Positions 12,601-26,166 are shown, counted from the stretch's first letter. The stretch: 64,000 bases of DNA from Camelus ferus (GCF_009834535.1 NC_045696.1:6202001-6266000); one strand, 5' to 3'. Translations and numbers: made by a program. The notes: generated by a model from the sequence alone, not told the origin.

Positions 12601-14582
12601 GTAGGATGGACTGTTAGCATGCCTCGGGGTTTCTAAAACCCGGATGCCCTTGCAGCATCCCCTGTAATTTTGAAGTTTTAGTAGGAATGAGATTTTCCCA
12701 CGCTGGTGTCCCATATGGGGTTCTTCTTCTTACTAATAGTATTTCCATCATTATCCCCCCAGGAAAACCTACTCTGGGGGGAGAACAGACCCCCTCTGGG
12801 GGTAGGAAAGAGGATAGGCACATCTATGGTGAGTTTTCAAAAACAGGAACCCCTGATCTTCACTGGATTAAGGGTTCAAGACAAAGGTTCCCCGATCTTT
12901 ATTTAAAAATGAAGAAGAGTGTTTGCACCTCAGTTCGAGTGCAGGGGAGCAAAGCGGGTTGACCCTTTGTGGTGATGTTGGTGATGACCCTCATGTTGTC
13001 ATATTTCCACTGAGCGAGTCTCCGTTTTTGGTGGGGGGATTCGTTTTCTCTGGGATGGAGTAGAAATGTGAGTTGGGGGTGCTTTACTGAAGTAGTTAAG
13101 TTGCAGAGCAAAAGACAGACAAAGTTGGAGTGCGCATGTTTTTCTGCACTCCAGGCGGGGAAGTCTGTGTGACCGCCTTGAGGACGTATGAGTTTGTGAA
13201 AAGTTGTAAACTGCATTGTGGAAATGGGTTACTGATGTTCACCTTTCTGTCTGGACTCAGCTGGACATCAGACTCCGCACTCTTCTGAACAGCAGGAGAA
13301 CTTCAGAAATCTTACTATGTCTGTTAACTATCCATTGCGTGGAATTGGCAAGGGGAAAAGTGCTCGTCCCTCATCTGTGCTGACGCTTGGAATTCTGCAT
13401 GTGTGGGAGTGAATGAGGAGCTCAGGCTTTTGAGAAGAGACTGAAAGAAACTGTCATTCAGAACCTGGTGGGAGGGAGGGGATGATGGAGGCGCCACGTA
13501 GGCAGGTGAAACTTGGGACCCCACGAGTGACCAAGGACAGATTCAGGATTCTTACCCGGGACATACATAGAATTAAGCTGAACTAAATAATAGCTGAACT
13601 GTGTGCTAGTAAAATGGGACGTTTGGAAACACAAACCACGCACACTTGCAATCTCAACATCAAACTTTAAATTAAATGCATTAGAAAGCTGAGATTTCTT
13701 TTATTAGGAAACGAGGTAAAAACATTCAGAGAAGAAACCAGTTGGTGGCTTAGGAACATTTTAAGAAGATCTCATACTTTAAATGGCTGCTCATTCAAAT
13801 GCTATCCAACCTCACAGAGCTGATGTGAGCCTGCTGTTGGATTTACAAATCCGAGTCTATAATCGCACAGCTTTTAAGCCTGTCTTGTGCAAAGCTTGCT
13901 CTTTTTTTGGAGTGCAAGTTACAGCAGCAAGATGACAGAATAAGGGAAAGTGGAGGGAAAATTCGCTCCTGCTATATCGAAAAGTACTTCTTAGGCTATT
14001 TGACCCTGGCAGTAAACATTGCAGAGTTTTAAAATAGAAATAGTGACAGTAAAGATCAAATCCAGGGAATAGCGTTGAGTTTTTTTCTGGAGAAGAGATG
14101 TTAGGTCAGCATGTTACCAGCATTTACTGTAAGTTCTGAAAGTCCACCCTGAGCCCTGCCACTGAAACAGAGGAAGGGTTTGTTGCTTGCTGGTTGAGGA
14201 GTCAAAATGAGAGGGTTTCACAGTTGAAACAGTGTCAGTTCTGAAGTGGCTTATAATCCTCCCTCATGATAAAATCCATTGATTTTTGCGGTTTTCTAAG
14301 CCCTGTATGTATAGGTGATTAAACAGAACGCCCCAGCAGAGCAATTTACCCTGCGTACTCGGTTCCCAAATTGTAAACTACGTACTCGGTACCCAAATCA
14401 TAACAGTGGACTCTTAAGTCCAGAAAATCATCCCATCAGAAGGCAGAGCTCACAGTAAACTACCGGGAGGCAGACAAGGGGTTACGTTTGTGTAGATGTT
14501 AAAATCGCATCTGGAGCTACATTCTACATCCATATAAACTTTTCTTTGCAAAAATTAAGCATTAAATCATGTTGAATTTTCT

Positions 14583-14705
14583 TTATTCAATTTGAGCAAC
14601 CTGGAAACACAGTTCTTAGTCAAAACGTATTGATCACCTATGAAATGAGAGCACTGTCCTCAGAGATGGGGACATGGATCATGCAGGGACTCTTAAGGCG
14701 CTGGG
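14583..14705 (-). mobile_element. L2 3' fragment
   Basis: ttattcaa...gtattgatcacctatgaaatgagagcactgtcctcagagatggggacat resembles the reverse L2 3' end. Confidence 0.45.
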
Positions 14706-16149
14706 CACATCTAGAGATTAGAAAAGCAAATGTAATGGAAAAGCCAGAACATTCTGGCGTGGAGCGCGCCTGTCCGCCTGTCTGACTCCAGCCACTAGTG
14801 GCCTGCCTGAATTATTCTCTGCTCAACTAGATGTATTGACAACATGTAATCAAAACTCCAGCCCTTTCCACACCAGAGAGCTAACAGCATTCAGTCTGAA
14901 GGCAGCGTCCTCGGGCTGAGCACCCACAGGTGGAAATTCGTGCGGGAGGTTGTGGGGAGGGCCGAGTGGGCAGAGGCCGGCTGCGGTCAGCTTTGCCCCA
15001 GGCTTGGAAGGTTCAGGATTCCAGCCGAGGAGGGGTGTTCTGAGTCACAGGAGGGCAAGCGCCAGGAAGAGACTAGAAGTGCCAACTGTACCGGGGAAAG
15101 GCCGGCCGACCTTTCAGTGCCAGACGCCCTGCAGGGCACTGTGGGGAAGCCTCGGGTCCTGCCTTCAGGACCTGAAATCTAGAAAGTGCACAGGCCGTGG
15201 AATCTAGAAGTGGGTAAAAGCACAGGCCACGAGCTCCAGAAAGGGGTGAATGCACAGGCCAGCGATATTGGCACGTTCAGCAGTGCCACATGCTTGCGCC
15301 AGGCCAGTGTGACAGGGAGCTGGGGCCCCGGGCTGTGCAGGGATGGAGGCAGTGGTCCCTGGGTTCTCGGATGCTCCGTGTTGGGCCCACGGCCTAGCCC
15401 GCCCCCGTGTTCACTGTAGGGCAGCTATGGGCCCTTCTCCCTTACAGACTCTGGGGAGAACTTCATTTTCAGCCTCAGCGTCAGGAGTCATCTGAACTGG
15501 ACACGCAGCGGGGCCCTGTGTGTGCCCGCGCTCCAGCACGTGTGTGGGGCCCCGTGGCCGGCTCGGGGGGCTCCTGCCTCCTTCGCTCCTCTCCATCTTC
15601 TTACCCTTGCTTCTGCTTAGCCTCATCTCTCTTCTTTATTTTGCATCTACTTCTGAATTTTTTTTAAAAAACTTTTGTTATATTGCATATGTCCTCGGAG
15701 ATCACTTTAAATAGTTTTATGGAACAAGATGGAGTGTAAATAAAACAGTCCACTTCATAAGACTCATACATCAAAGAGTGATCTAGACCACCACCCAGGA
15801 AGATGGGGAAATGCACTGGGGTGCATTGGGGTGCACTGTGACATACGTTGGCTCGAGAGGGGCAGGGAGGAGGGCAGCATTTGACAGGAGTTGGGGGAGT
15901 CAGGCCCTGCTGGTGCTCGGAGTCGGGGAGGTGCCACCTGCGAGCTGGATCACGTGGTGCAGAAACTGCCCGACCTCTGGTTTTGAAGGGACCAACCTGG
16001 ACACCTGTTTCAGTAACCTGAGTGTGAAGTGAAAAGACCGGGAATAAAGTCATCTTGCAGAAGGGAAAGGAGATGTGATGTTTGGCACCTAGTCACTGAC
16101 CTTGACATCACCAGGTGGCACAGATGTGGGAGACCTGCTGACCCAGGGC

Positions 16150-16302
16150 GTCCTCACCACGGCCCTGTGAAAGAGCTGCCTCGTGGCCCCCATGTTCCAG
16201 AGTAGCAGAGTGAGGCTCCAGAGTGCTGAGTGATGTGCCCCAAGCGACGTGGCTAGTCAGGGCGGGAGCAGAGCCCAGGTGGGTTGACTCTGGGGCCTGT
16301 GC
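16150..16302 (-). mobile_element. MIR SINE
   Basis: tcctcaccacggccctgtga...gtgaggctccagag...gtgatgtgcccaagcgacgtggctagt...gagcccagg...tgactct follows the MIR layout. Confidence 0.6.
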
Positions 16303-16414
16303 ACAGATCCCCGTGGCTGCGGGGAGTTCTCTTGGTCAGAGCAGAGGGTCCACTGGCAGAAGGAACAAGAAGGGACCAGGGTGACACAGAGGCAGAGTTG
16401 GTGGAAGGTCACAG

Positions 16415-16729
16415 CAGTGCTGGGCAAAGGAAACAGAACATGAGTCTTGTGTAGTTTTAAATTTTCTAGTAGCCATGTTAAAAACAGAAAAAGAAACAGA
16501 TGAGATTAATGTTGATAAAATATTTTATGTAACACAGCATGTCCAAAATATCATCACTTCAAACATAACCAACATACAAATATTAATGTGCTGTTTTACA
16601 TTTTTTTTCTATATTGAATCTTCAAAATCCAGTGTATTTACACATCCAGCACCTCCTTACTTGGACTGGCCACGTTTCACAGGCTCAGTGACCATGCGTG
16701 GCTGGTGGCTACTGTATTGAGCAGTGCAG
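16415..16729. mobile_element. MER33-like hAT-Charlie DNA transposon
   Basis: taaattttctagtagccatgttaaaaa...ggactggccacgtttcacaggctcagtgaccatgcgtggctggtggctactgtattg, with cagtgc/gtgcag termini. Confidence 0.8.
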
Positions 16730-19700
16730 GTCAAGAATGCTCCGCATAGGAGCTCAGCTTTAATATAATCAGTCACCATGAAGTCTGCTCTGTAACTTGA
16801 TCACAGGCATAGAGTTTTTGTGACTTCGTATCTCCCTTGGCGATATCACCCCATAGATCGCGCCGGAACCAGATATGAGAGCAGTAGAAAAGTGAATGCT
16901 GGCGTGGTATGTTCAGTATTAAATCTGCAGTTTTCCAATTCAAGGGATCGTGTATATATGATTTCCTGTTGACTCACTTCCTGCTTTTAAAAGGCAAAAC
17001 CAAATATCTGCTTGCAGACTGAAACTTGGCATGGGTGGTGACAAACAGTGCTGCTTTTGTTGGAATCACGCTTTGACAGCTTCATGCATCAACATCTTAT
17101 TTGAGTTTTCCCTTTTTAAGGATGGTCCCGTGCGATGACGTATGTCTCATTTTGCATGTGGACAGAGTCTTGAGTCTCATACAATTGATCGTTTTGAAGA
17201 ATAGCATGCTTGAGGTGCTAGAATCCCAGAGAAAGAGAGGATAGCCATCAGACGGGCTGCGGCAGAATTAACTTCTCAGAGCACACGTTCACATGACTTG
17301 GTGGCGGCAGACCGCATCCAGGGCAGGCCCTTCCCTCCCGCTGTGACACTGAAGTTCCCGGCTGTGTCCTTCTGTGCATCTTCCTGGGTAGTTTGTGTTC
17401 ATTCCTGCTCGTGCAGGAGGGAACTTCACTCCCTTGTTCTGGTTTATGTTCCTGGTGGGCAGTGCTTAAACCGTGAACAAAACAAAACTGGTAAATGAAA
17501 TAGGGGTGCCTTTTCTGAACTTCAGTTTGCCGGACAGAATCTAACACCTAATTCAGGCCAGTTATTGACAACCAGATACTGAAAGGAGAAAGAATACTGC
17601 AATTTACTAAAAAAAAAAAAAAACAGAAAACTCAAAACTAACAAACGTGGCTTTGTGTTCCAGTCTGTGCATCGCACATCTCTCATGGCCGGGGCACTTC
17701 ATTTTAGGTCAGCGTGGGATAAACCCTCGTGTGAGAACGTTTGTGTTGGGCAGGGTCGGCTTTGCTGTTTTCCAAGAGAGGCAACAAGTTACGTTTTGCA
17801 GCCCAGTCCTGTGTGGTTCAACCTGGAGCCCTGGCCTCCAGGTGAGATCCTGTCAAGGTAACCGAAGTTCTGTTCCAAGATCTGCTGCCTGTCCGCTCAG
17901 TGCTGTCTGCTGCGGTCAACACACCGCTGTCCTGTGGGAGTACAGATTTAATCTAAAGTCTAAATTATATTGGAGAAGCCTGAAGCACATTAAGCTTTCT
18001 TAAATAATTCACTTGGGGTTATGTTCCATGAACATGTGTAAATATGAGAATGTGCGAGGCGAGTGGTCTAAACACAGAATGAATACGAGACCACAGTGAT
18101 GGGAGCCACGTGTGCTTACAACCTTGGAGGGAAGCCCGTGTCGTCGCTGGTGCCTGGAGCCTCAGACGGGCAGCGTGGCTCGTAAGGGAAGGTTGCTGTC
18201 CGGTCGCTTCTGCGTGTGGTCCCGACAGTTTACCACTTGGTCAAGTAAGATCTTGGAGACAAACCGCTAGGCAAGGTTGACACGTCGTGGTGCAGCTCTT
18301 GGGGGTGGTGCCGTGAAGGTGACAGGGACCCAGCAGGGATACGTACCCTGGCTGCACAAGGATTCCCCACCAACTGCTCAGGCTGGGTGTTTGTGGGCGT
18401 GAAATGGCCAAAATGTGCTCTTGGAAACTGCTGTATTTAGTTAAACTTGGATTAATACTGTCAACTGTGCAGGGTGATTTTTTCCCCTTCAGGCTGAACT
18501 TTCATACGCCATAGGGATGTGTGGGCGGATTCCGTGGCAGGACCAGGAACACCCAGCAGTCGCGTCACCCTGCAAAGGCACTGCTAAGCGTTTCCCTGTT
18601 CTGGGATCTCTGAATTTACCGAGGCCCCCTCTGCAGCAGCACCCCTGTCTCTCCTGCCCTAGTCTTGTTTCCTTCAGTCTGGGCAGCTCAGTTTTGGATG
18701 TCAGTGTCAGTGAAGGTTCACCAGGGGTGGACACACACAGGGGCTAGAAGAAACCAGCCGGCGAGTCTAATGAAATCAGGCTGCAGATCTGAAGCGATTT
18801 GGGAATGCCCTGCCCCTGCTTTCTGTCCTGTGTCTGGTTTTCATGGAAATTTGTGTCTGGGAATGAGGGGGAATTGGAGTGGATTTGCTCGAGGCAGGTG
18901 CCTGCGTTCTTTGGCCTGGCTGTGAGCACTCAGGTCCAGGGACCTCCGCGGAGGGGCGGGAGTCTGAGGCCTTAGGAGATTTGATGAGCAGCACCATGCA
19001 ATCTTTATAAGACGGAGGATTTTTGCAGACTTCCTGATTTTTGAAAATTATTCATAAGTCTGCCTTAGGCTGGGAGTTTTAGGAGAGAAAACACACTCCA
19101 GTTACTGTCCCTGCTCCACACATTACCCTTTGAGGTCATCACAGAGTTAGTCCGATATCCTGTGATGCTGGTGTACATGGCCTCTGAGATTATGAGTAAA
19201 ATGACCATCTCTCTCCGGCGCGGGCACAGCCCGCACGGGTCAGGAGAGCAGGCAGCAGCATCATGGGTGGCGCTGTTGGAAATATAGGAGACCTCACCGA
19301 AGGGTTGGGACTAAATTCTGCCCCCCCTCCCAAGATTAAAGAAGATTAAAGGAGGTGTGGAAACAAGGATGAGAACTAGTTACATCGGCATTGGCAGAGG
19401 AAGCCAGATTAAACAATGTTTTTCAGTCTTCGCTCCAAGCAAGTAAAAATAAGAATTGCACATCATATACTTGAGAAAGTTAAATGCCTGCTTCCTTTTT
19501 GAAATAAACAAGATTCCTAATAGACTAAGGCAAGGCAAAGATTGTTTGCTGGGTTGGGTACTTAATATGGGATGAAATGATGTGCTGAGAAATCTTAAGT
19601 TCATCGACGTTTAAAATAACAGGTCATTGTTTTCAGATAAGTACAGTCATCTGCTTCCTTTGCATCCAAACGTTAGCTCTTTATTTCTTTCCTTTTCTAT

Positions 19701-19961
19701 TTGCTGGTTTTTCTTTGGTTTTGTTTCTTGTGCCAAACACCAACTGGCTTCGAAAACAAGAGAAGACACGTAATTGAGTTGTGAGTTAAAGAGTATCTCA
19801 ATGCAGCGTAACTCTTTCAATCCCCAACTTGTGGGAATAACCATGGGGACGTCCTGAACAGACTGGAGTAAATGTTGGCAGTGTTTATCACTGAAGCATC
19901 GGTGCTCAACGCAGCAAGAAGTAGCGATATTTTGTGATGCTGTTACCCTTACGCTTAAATT

Positions 19962-20208
19962 CATCTTTTTCAACCTTTTTTCATGATCAACCCCCTAAGG
20001 AGTCTTTTCAGACATTTTTTTCCTTAATCACACCTCTCCCACATGAAAATTTAGTACCACAGATATCCTGAATATATGTTTAGGAATTTTACATTTTATG
20101 TGTATATATATATGTATATCTACAGTTAGATCTGTGCTTTGTACATAAAAGAGCAAGACATTTTTTTCATCCTCCAAGAACAGATTTTAGCCTTCTTGGG
20201 AAAGCATG
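19962..20208. mobile_element. hAT-Charlie MITE (MER112-like)
   Basis: tcaaccttttttcatgatcaacccc...taaggagtcttttcagacattttttt...catgaaaatttagtaccacagatat...ccaagaacagattt. Confidence 0.65.
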
Positions 20209-22199
20209 TCTGAACTTTGAAAAAGATGCTGACTGTTTAAAAGATGACGGATGCCAGTCCATGATCTGAGAAAGGACTGAAAGAGAGGAGGTGATCCAGA
20301 GGCAGTCAGGACGTTACACTGGCTAATCATTTGCCCTTGTATCCAGTGTAGCCTGAAAATGATAGTCATAAAGCAGAGGCAGTTGACAACTGCTGGAGTA
20401 TTTCTCAAAGGGCTCCATCAGACCTGCACTACCGCTGACCACACGCTCTCCGTGTGAGCACAGGTCAGACTTGGTGTACACAATCAGCAAGTCTGCAGAG
20501 ACTCCCAAGTTGCAGAAGCATGTCCCCAGGATGGGGGGTCGTAAGCCCTCCCAGAGGCCAGTGTGCCCTTGTGTGTCAGCGACTGGAGAGGCCACCTTGA
20601 CGTCCCATCAGCAGAGTCTGGGCAGGAGAAGCCCTCCTCGGCTTCTGCAGACAGCACTCCCCCATCGTCTCGATGTAGAAATGCAGGTCGTGTGGCCGAC
20701 TGGATGCAGCTGGATCCCGCTGACGCTAATGTTTCCCCTCCAGTAAAAATGGAAATATATTAAAAAATAAACAACCAAAAAAGACATGCTGAGTTGAAAC
20801 CAAAAATCAATCAGAAGAGAAAAACACTTGGGCCAGTGTCAAGAGAAACAAAACTGTGCCAGCACAAATTTTTACGAAAATGATCACTGAATAGTATTTC
20901 CATGAACAGGCAGCTGACTCAGAGCTGGAGGGCGCGTGTTCTGCGAGGCAGAGTCTGCAGCCTGCCCACGCCCGGAGCTGCCGGCACCGCTCAGCACACT
21001 TACTAGAAGGGACCCAGTGACACCGAAAATAGGAAAAACTGCATGAGGGAAAAAACAGATTCTTAGGAAGGGAGAGACGGGGTTGCTGTGAAACCAGAGG
21101 GGCTGGGAAGAAGCTCAGATTGTGTCTGAGTCACCAGCAGTCCTGACAAATCTGCTGGGTCTCAAAGTGAGTAATGATATCCAGAGTCCCTTCTCTTCTA
21201 GAAAAATCAAGTGATGAATAACGTTACTGTGAGTGCGGAAGGCATAAAGATTAAGTTTTTTGAAATGCTTACCTCCAGTTCCTGGTACACGCAGTGTTAG
21301 AATATTTTCTGGCAGCATACTTCTTTCTGGAACGTCACAAAGAAGTCTGCTTCTGTCGTGGTGGGAGATCCAGGTGGTCGTCTGGTCCTGAGCATCTTTG
21401 AGCCTGTGATGTAGAGCCTAGCTGCTCCTTCTGCCCCTCCCCTGATGCTGCCTGTGGATTTGGAAGGTAAAAGGTACATTTTCATGAATTCTTTTCGCGT
21501 CTGTTGTCTGCATTTTAAGAAGTGCTTAACTCCAAGCAAGTAACATTTAGTTATGAAAGCTCATTCCCCTCTTCTTCTTGACACATGATCTCTGTAAAAT
21601 TTCTTACGGACAGACGTTAATTTGAGTCAGCCACGATCCACAGTCAGAATTTTGAACACCAAGCAGGAGGAGCGACCAAGTGCTACGTCGTGGTCCCACG
21701 GAGCACAGATTTGGAAGTCTGTGAGTGCTTGCCCTCAAGAATCACTTTTCAAACCATAACCGCTTTCACAGTGCATGCCAGGGTAAAATCACATTGTTGT
21801 CTACCTGTTTGGTCATAGGGCCAGATTAGATGACACAGCACGATGTATGCCTGAACGCTTGTTTATGTTAAATGTATTTCTGTTACGAGTTGTATGTCTG
21901 GTCTTCTCCAGCTCTAGTTGACACTTACTTCACGCTGCCTTTTCTGGGGAATTCCCTTTGAACTTTCTAGTTGGGACCGTTGACTATAAAACAGTCTAGG
22001 AATTTAGAAAATATCGGGGATCCTGACCAGCCAGGGTCAGTGATGACATGAAGTCACGTCTGTATCCAGAAAAAGTAAATATCAAATACCACTTAGTTTC
22101 CTAGACCATTTCAAAATTGTTTCACTGCTTGGCTTAATTTTATTTAATATAATTTTTTCTGTGGCATTTCCCCCCCAAATCTTTTAATAGCCAAGCTAT

Positions 22200-22245
22200 T
22201 ACATATATATATATATGTATACACATATATATATGTATGTATATA
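22200..22245. repeat. (TA)n/(TATG) low-complexity microsatellite
   Basis: Direct inspection. Confidence 0.8.
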
Positions 22246-22639
22246 AAGAATATATAAAATCTAGTACATAGATTTCATGTGTACTGTACATATAATCTAT
22301 TGCATAGATTCTAATACTACAATAATCCTGTAAATATTGTGATAACCTCATCACCAGAGTCTAGAATTCAGGATAAATTGTCTCTTCTTAGGCTGCATTC
22401 AGAGAAGTCCAGGGAGGACCCCAGACTTACTGAATTCCACTCTGCTGCTAATTCCTCAGGTAGAAAAAGACTGTCCTCTATGCTGATCTCCTTCTGTGGG
22501 GTTCCCATGGGATGAGGCACTGACAGCCCGTGTACAGGGAAGGCTCCACACCTAAACAGAAGCCTTCGCAAGGCTAGTGGGATCTGGGAAAAGTGCTTCT
22601 AACACTGGAGAGTTGAATCCCCTTTAAGAATATAAAATC

Positions 22640-22732
22640 TTAATTTTTTAAATTTTTTAAATTGTACTATCAGTTACAATGTGTCAATTTCTGGTGTACA
22701 GCACAATGTCCCAGTCATGCATATACGTACAT
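22640..22732 (-). mobile_element. Very short 5'-truncated L1 (3' tail only)
   Basis: cagttacaatgtgtcaatttctggtgtacagcacaatgtcccagtcat is the reverse L1 3' UTR end. Flanking direct repeat ccctttaagaatat(a/g)a(a/g)at at 22620-22638 and 22733-22751. Confidence 0.8.
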
Positions 22733-22815
22733 CCCTTTAAGAATATGAGATGTTTAAAAAGCAAAAATGTCTTCTCATCATGTTATAGTGTGTTGTAATA
22801 AATAGAAGCTTCTTT

Positions 22816-23390
22816 TATTTTTTTTTGAATTTTTAAAAAATTTTATTGAAGTCTAGTTGATGTACAATGTTGTGTTAATTTCTGGTGTATAGCACAGTGA
22901 GTCAGTTGGCAGGTATACATGTATTCTTTTTCATTATAGGTTTTAACAAGACATTGAATGTAGTTCCCTGTGCTATACCATAGGGCCTTGTTGTTTATCT
23001 GTTTTATATATAGCAGTTTGTGTCTGCTAATCGCAAACTCCTAATATATCCCTCCCCCTTTCCCCTTTGGTAACTATAAGTTTGTTTTCGATGTCTGTGA
23101 GTCTGTTTCTGTTTTGTAAATAAGTTTATTTGTACCCTTTTTTAGATTCTACATATAAATGATATCATATGATATTTGTCTTTCTCTGTCTGACTTACTT
23201 CATTTAGTATGATCATCTCTAGGTCCATCCATGTTGCTGCAAATGGCATTATTTCGTTCTTTTTTATGGCCGAGTAGTATTCCATTGTGGGTATACATCT
23301 GTGTGGGTACACACACACATATCTTCTTTATCCATTCATCTGTCAATGGACATTTAGGTTACTTTCATGTCTTGGCTGTTGTAAATAGTG
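22816..23390 (-). mobile_element. 5'-truncated L1 (3' UTR and ORF2 end)
   Basis: Poly-T, then ttgaagtctagttgatgtacaatgttgtg...ccatgttgctgcaaatggcatt. TSD tagaa(g/a)cttcttt at 22803-22815 and 23391-23403. Confidence 0.92.
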
Positions 23391-24873
23391 TAGAAACTTC
23401 TTTCAGAAGGAATTCTTCTCAGTAAAATCTCAGTGTCTACTCACACTGGTGTGCAGACAGAATGCCATCCTAATAAATGGAGCCCCATTTTTCACTGGAG
23501 TCAGAGAGGCAGTCATTGTCCCTGCATTTTCCCTCCTCTCTCCATCCCCTGGCTTCGATTCAGGCTGGCGTCCCCGAGTCCATTCGCAGTGGATGCATGG
23601 ATGTCACCCACAGAGGGGCGAGTGTGGCTGGAAAGACCCTTCTGGGGAAGACGGCCAACTGTACTCATATTTGCTGAGTGAGTGGGACAGAAAGGGAGGA
23701 GGGTGACAGAAGGGACTGACTGTTGTGGTCACGCTAGTCTCTGGGGCGCCCAACCTTCGGCGGAGGCTGGTTTCTGTGGGTGCTGTGCTGTGAGTCTCCC
23801 CTGCAGAGGAGAGGGACTTTGTTACCTACCCCACATCAACAGCCAACATTCCAGTCAAGGCCTTTCTGTTTCTCTCCTCATATTTACTTGAAATCTTTCT
23901 GAGAACGTGTGGAATTTACATAAACACACAATGTAATTATTTTTTCCGTTGACCCAGAATGGTAATTTTCAGATGATCTTGCTGGCACAGAAAATGGCAG
24001 CTCACAGGTGCAAACCGATACATTCATGGCTGAGTTGAATCTTCCCGCGACCTTTTGAGTGTGGTTCTTGTGGTTTGGGATATTTCAGGAGAGGGCTGAT
24101 TGAATGGGTTCTTTTCTGTTCTGCACAACTCCTGAGTGTCTGTGTGTGGTCTGAAGATCTGTGCTACGGCAAGAAACTGTTCTGCCTCTTAAATAAAGGA
24201 CCAGGGACTACTGCGCTCTTGGCTCAGGGATGTGTCAGGTTAGAAGCAGGAAGAACCTGCAGACTCGCGGATCCACGGGCTGCAGGTAGGGTTCATGGAG
24301 GGCACGCAGGCTTGCTAGGTATGTCCAGAAAGATGTTTTTGTTCCCCCACTTGGGGTTTTAGTTCTGAGACTACCAATTAAACCATCCCATAAATCCTCC
24401 ATTATAGGTAGTACAACCTAATTTTAGATTTCCTGCTTGCTCCAGTGTCCGGCTTGATTGCTACTGGTTGGCAAAAGGCCGGGCCTGGGAGGCAGACCGT
24501 TGATGCTGTGCCATGTGTTTGAGCCCTTTTCTCACATATCTGGGGTTTGGTCTTAATTCCCTGACTGCTTTTATCTTAAGTTTTACAAACTTCTGAAGAT
24601 AGAGTGATTTGCAGCTTACTCTTTTGAGTGGGCAGCTTTGAGGCAAAGAATGAGGGAAGGGGGCACGGAGGAGGGAGTGGGCGTGGGTGGGTAAAGCAAA
24701 GGATGAAGGCCCTTTGCCATTTTTGCTCAGAATGCAAGGGTCTGTCCCCTGCGGGTGTTTCCTATTTTGTGATCCGTAACTCAGCCCCTTCCTTGTGCTG
24801 GAAGCTTCTTAGGAAGACACATTCATGCCCTGAATGCCCACCTCTCTCCACACCTTCTACCAATGATCCTGAA

Positions 24874-25356
24874 TGTTAAAACGAGTCCAAGCTCACACTG
24901 CTTGCTGCACCACCGGGCATTAAATCCAGAGTCGTTGGGGCGAGGACTAGCGACTTTATTCAGAAAGCCAGCAGACCAAGAAGATGGTGGACTAGGTCCC
25001 AAAGAACCATCTTCCCCAAGATAGAATTCAGGCTTCTCTTATTCTAAAAGGGGAGGGGATCTTGCTGGGGGTTGCAAACTCTTGGTGTTGGAATCCTTTG
25101 TTCTTGCAGCTGTCCATGTAGGCCGGGTCATGGTGTTCCTGTAAACCTCCAACAAGATGAATGTCATTCTCTGTTCTGCAACTTTTTATCTCTGTATGAT
25201 TGGAGAAGTATTATACTTTAGATCAGAGCCTTGAGAATGGGCTCTCCTGTATATTTCAGGCTCTAGGCAACATTCTGGGCAGAAGCAATAGAAAACAGAG
25301 GTTAAAGTAAAAGAAACAGACCCAACATGGAGTCACATTTGTTCTTCCCTGTGGCA
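24874..25356 (-). mobile_element. ERV1-class solo LTR (MER41/MER4-group-like), copy A
   Basis: TG...CA termini and AATAAA on the minus strand (gactttattc). Clearly homologous to 47120-47640. The 4-bp flanks are tgaa/caaa. Confidence 0.8.
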
Positions 25357-26166
25357 CAAATGGTTTAGCGGGGCTGGAATTTGCGGGATTGGCAGGTGTG
25401 CTTGGGACTTCCTCATTGTCCTTCTCAGAGTCACAAATCCAGTGTCTGGTGTCCTGGTGTTATTGCAGTAATAACAGCTCCTCTTTCATCCCTTGAATTT
25501 AGGAGGTCAGTGGGTGTGAGGAAGTTACAAGGACATTCTGGGTCTGAGGCAGCCGAACGCTGTTACCTACAAAGGAGAGACAAAACTCACAGGGGAAGTT
25601 ATTCTTTCCCCCTGGAGACTTGTCAGGGAGCAGTGTGCCCTGAAAGACTGGCTGAGAGTTTGGGTGTGTCTGTTTGTATAGATTTACTGGCCTGGGCAGC
25701 AGTGGGGCATGAGGTGAAATCCACGTGGACAGTGTTAAAGTGTTTAAAACTTACAGGTGACATGTCTGAGCATTTTTGAACTTTGAAAGGCAGTATCTGC
25801 AATACACATTATCTGTAGTACTTTTTCCATTGGAAATGTTAGAACATACAAATAGACAAACATATTTAAATTAAATCTTTCCGCACTCAGACATTATGGC
25901 TATAGACAATGATGCATTTAAATCTAGGATAGTGGCGATTTTTTTCGTGTACACCTTTTTCCAAAAGTGAATCATATCACATATGCCTATTACAACTGTG
26001 TTGTAAGTATCTGCTCATGTCAGTAAATATGCTTAATGAAGTATCTTTTTTCCCACCACATTATTTTAAGACTATCTAGAATTCCATCGTATGACCCTGT
26101 CACAATGGACTTAACCAGCTCCCCTGTTGAGTATTTATGCTGTTTCCGGTTTTCTTTATTATAAAC

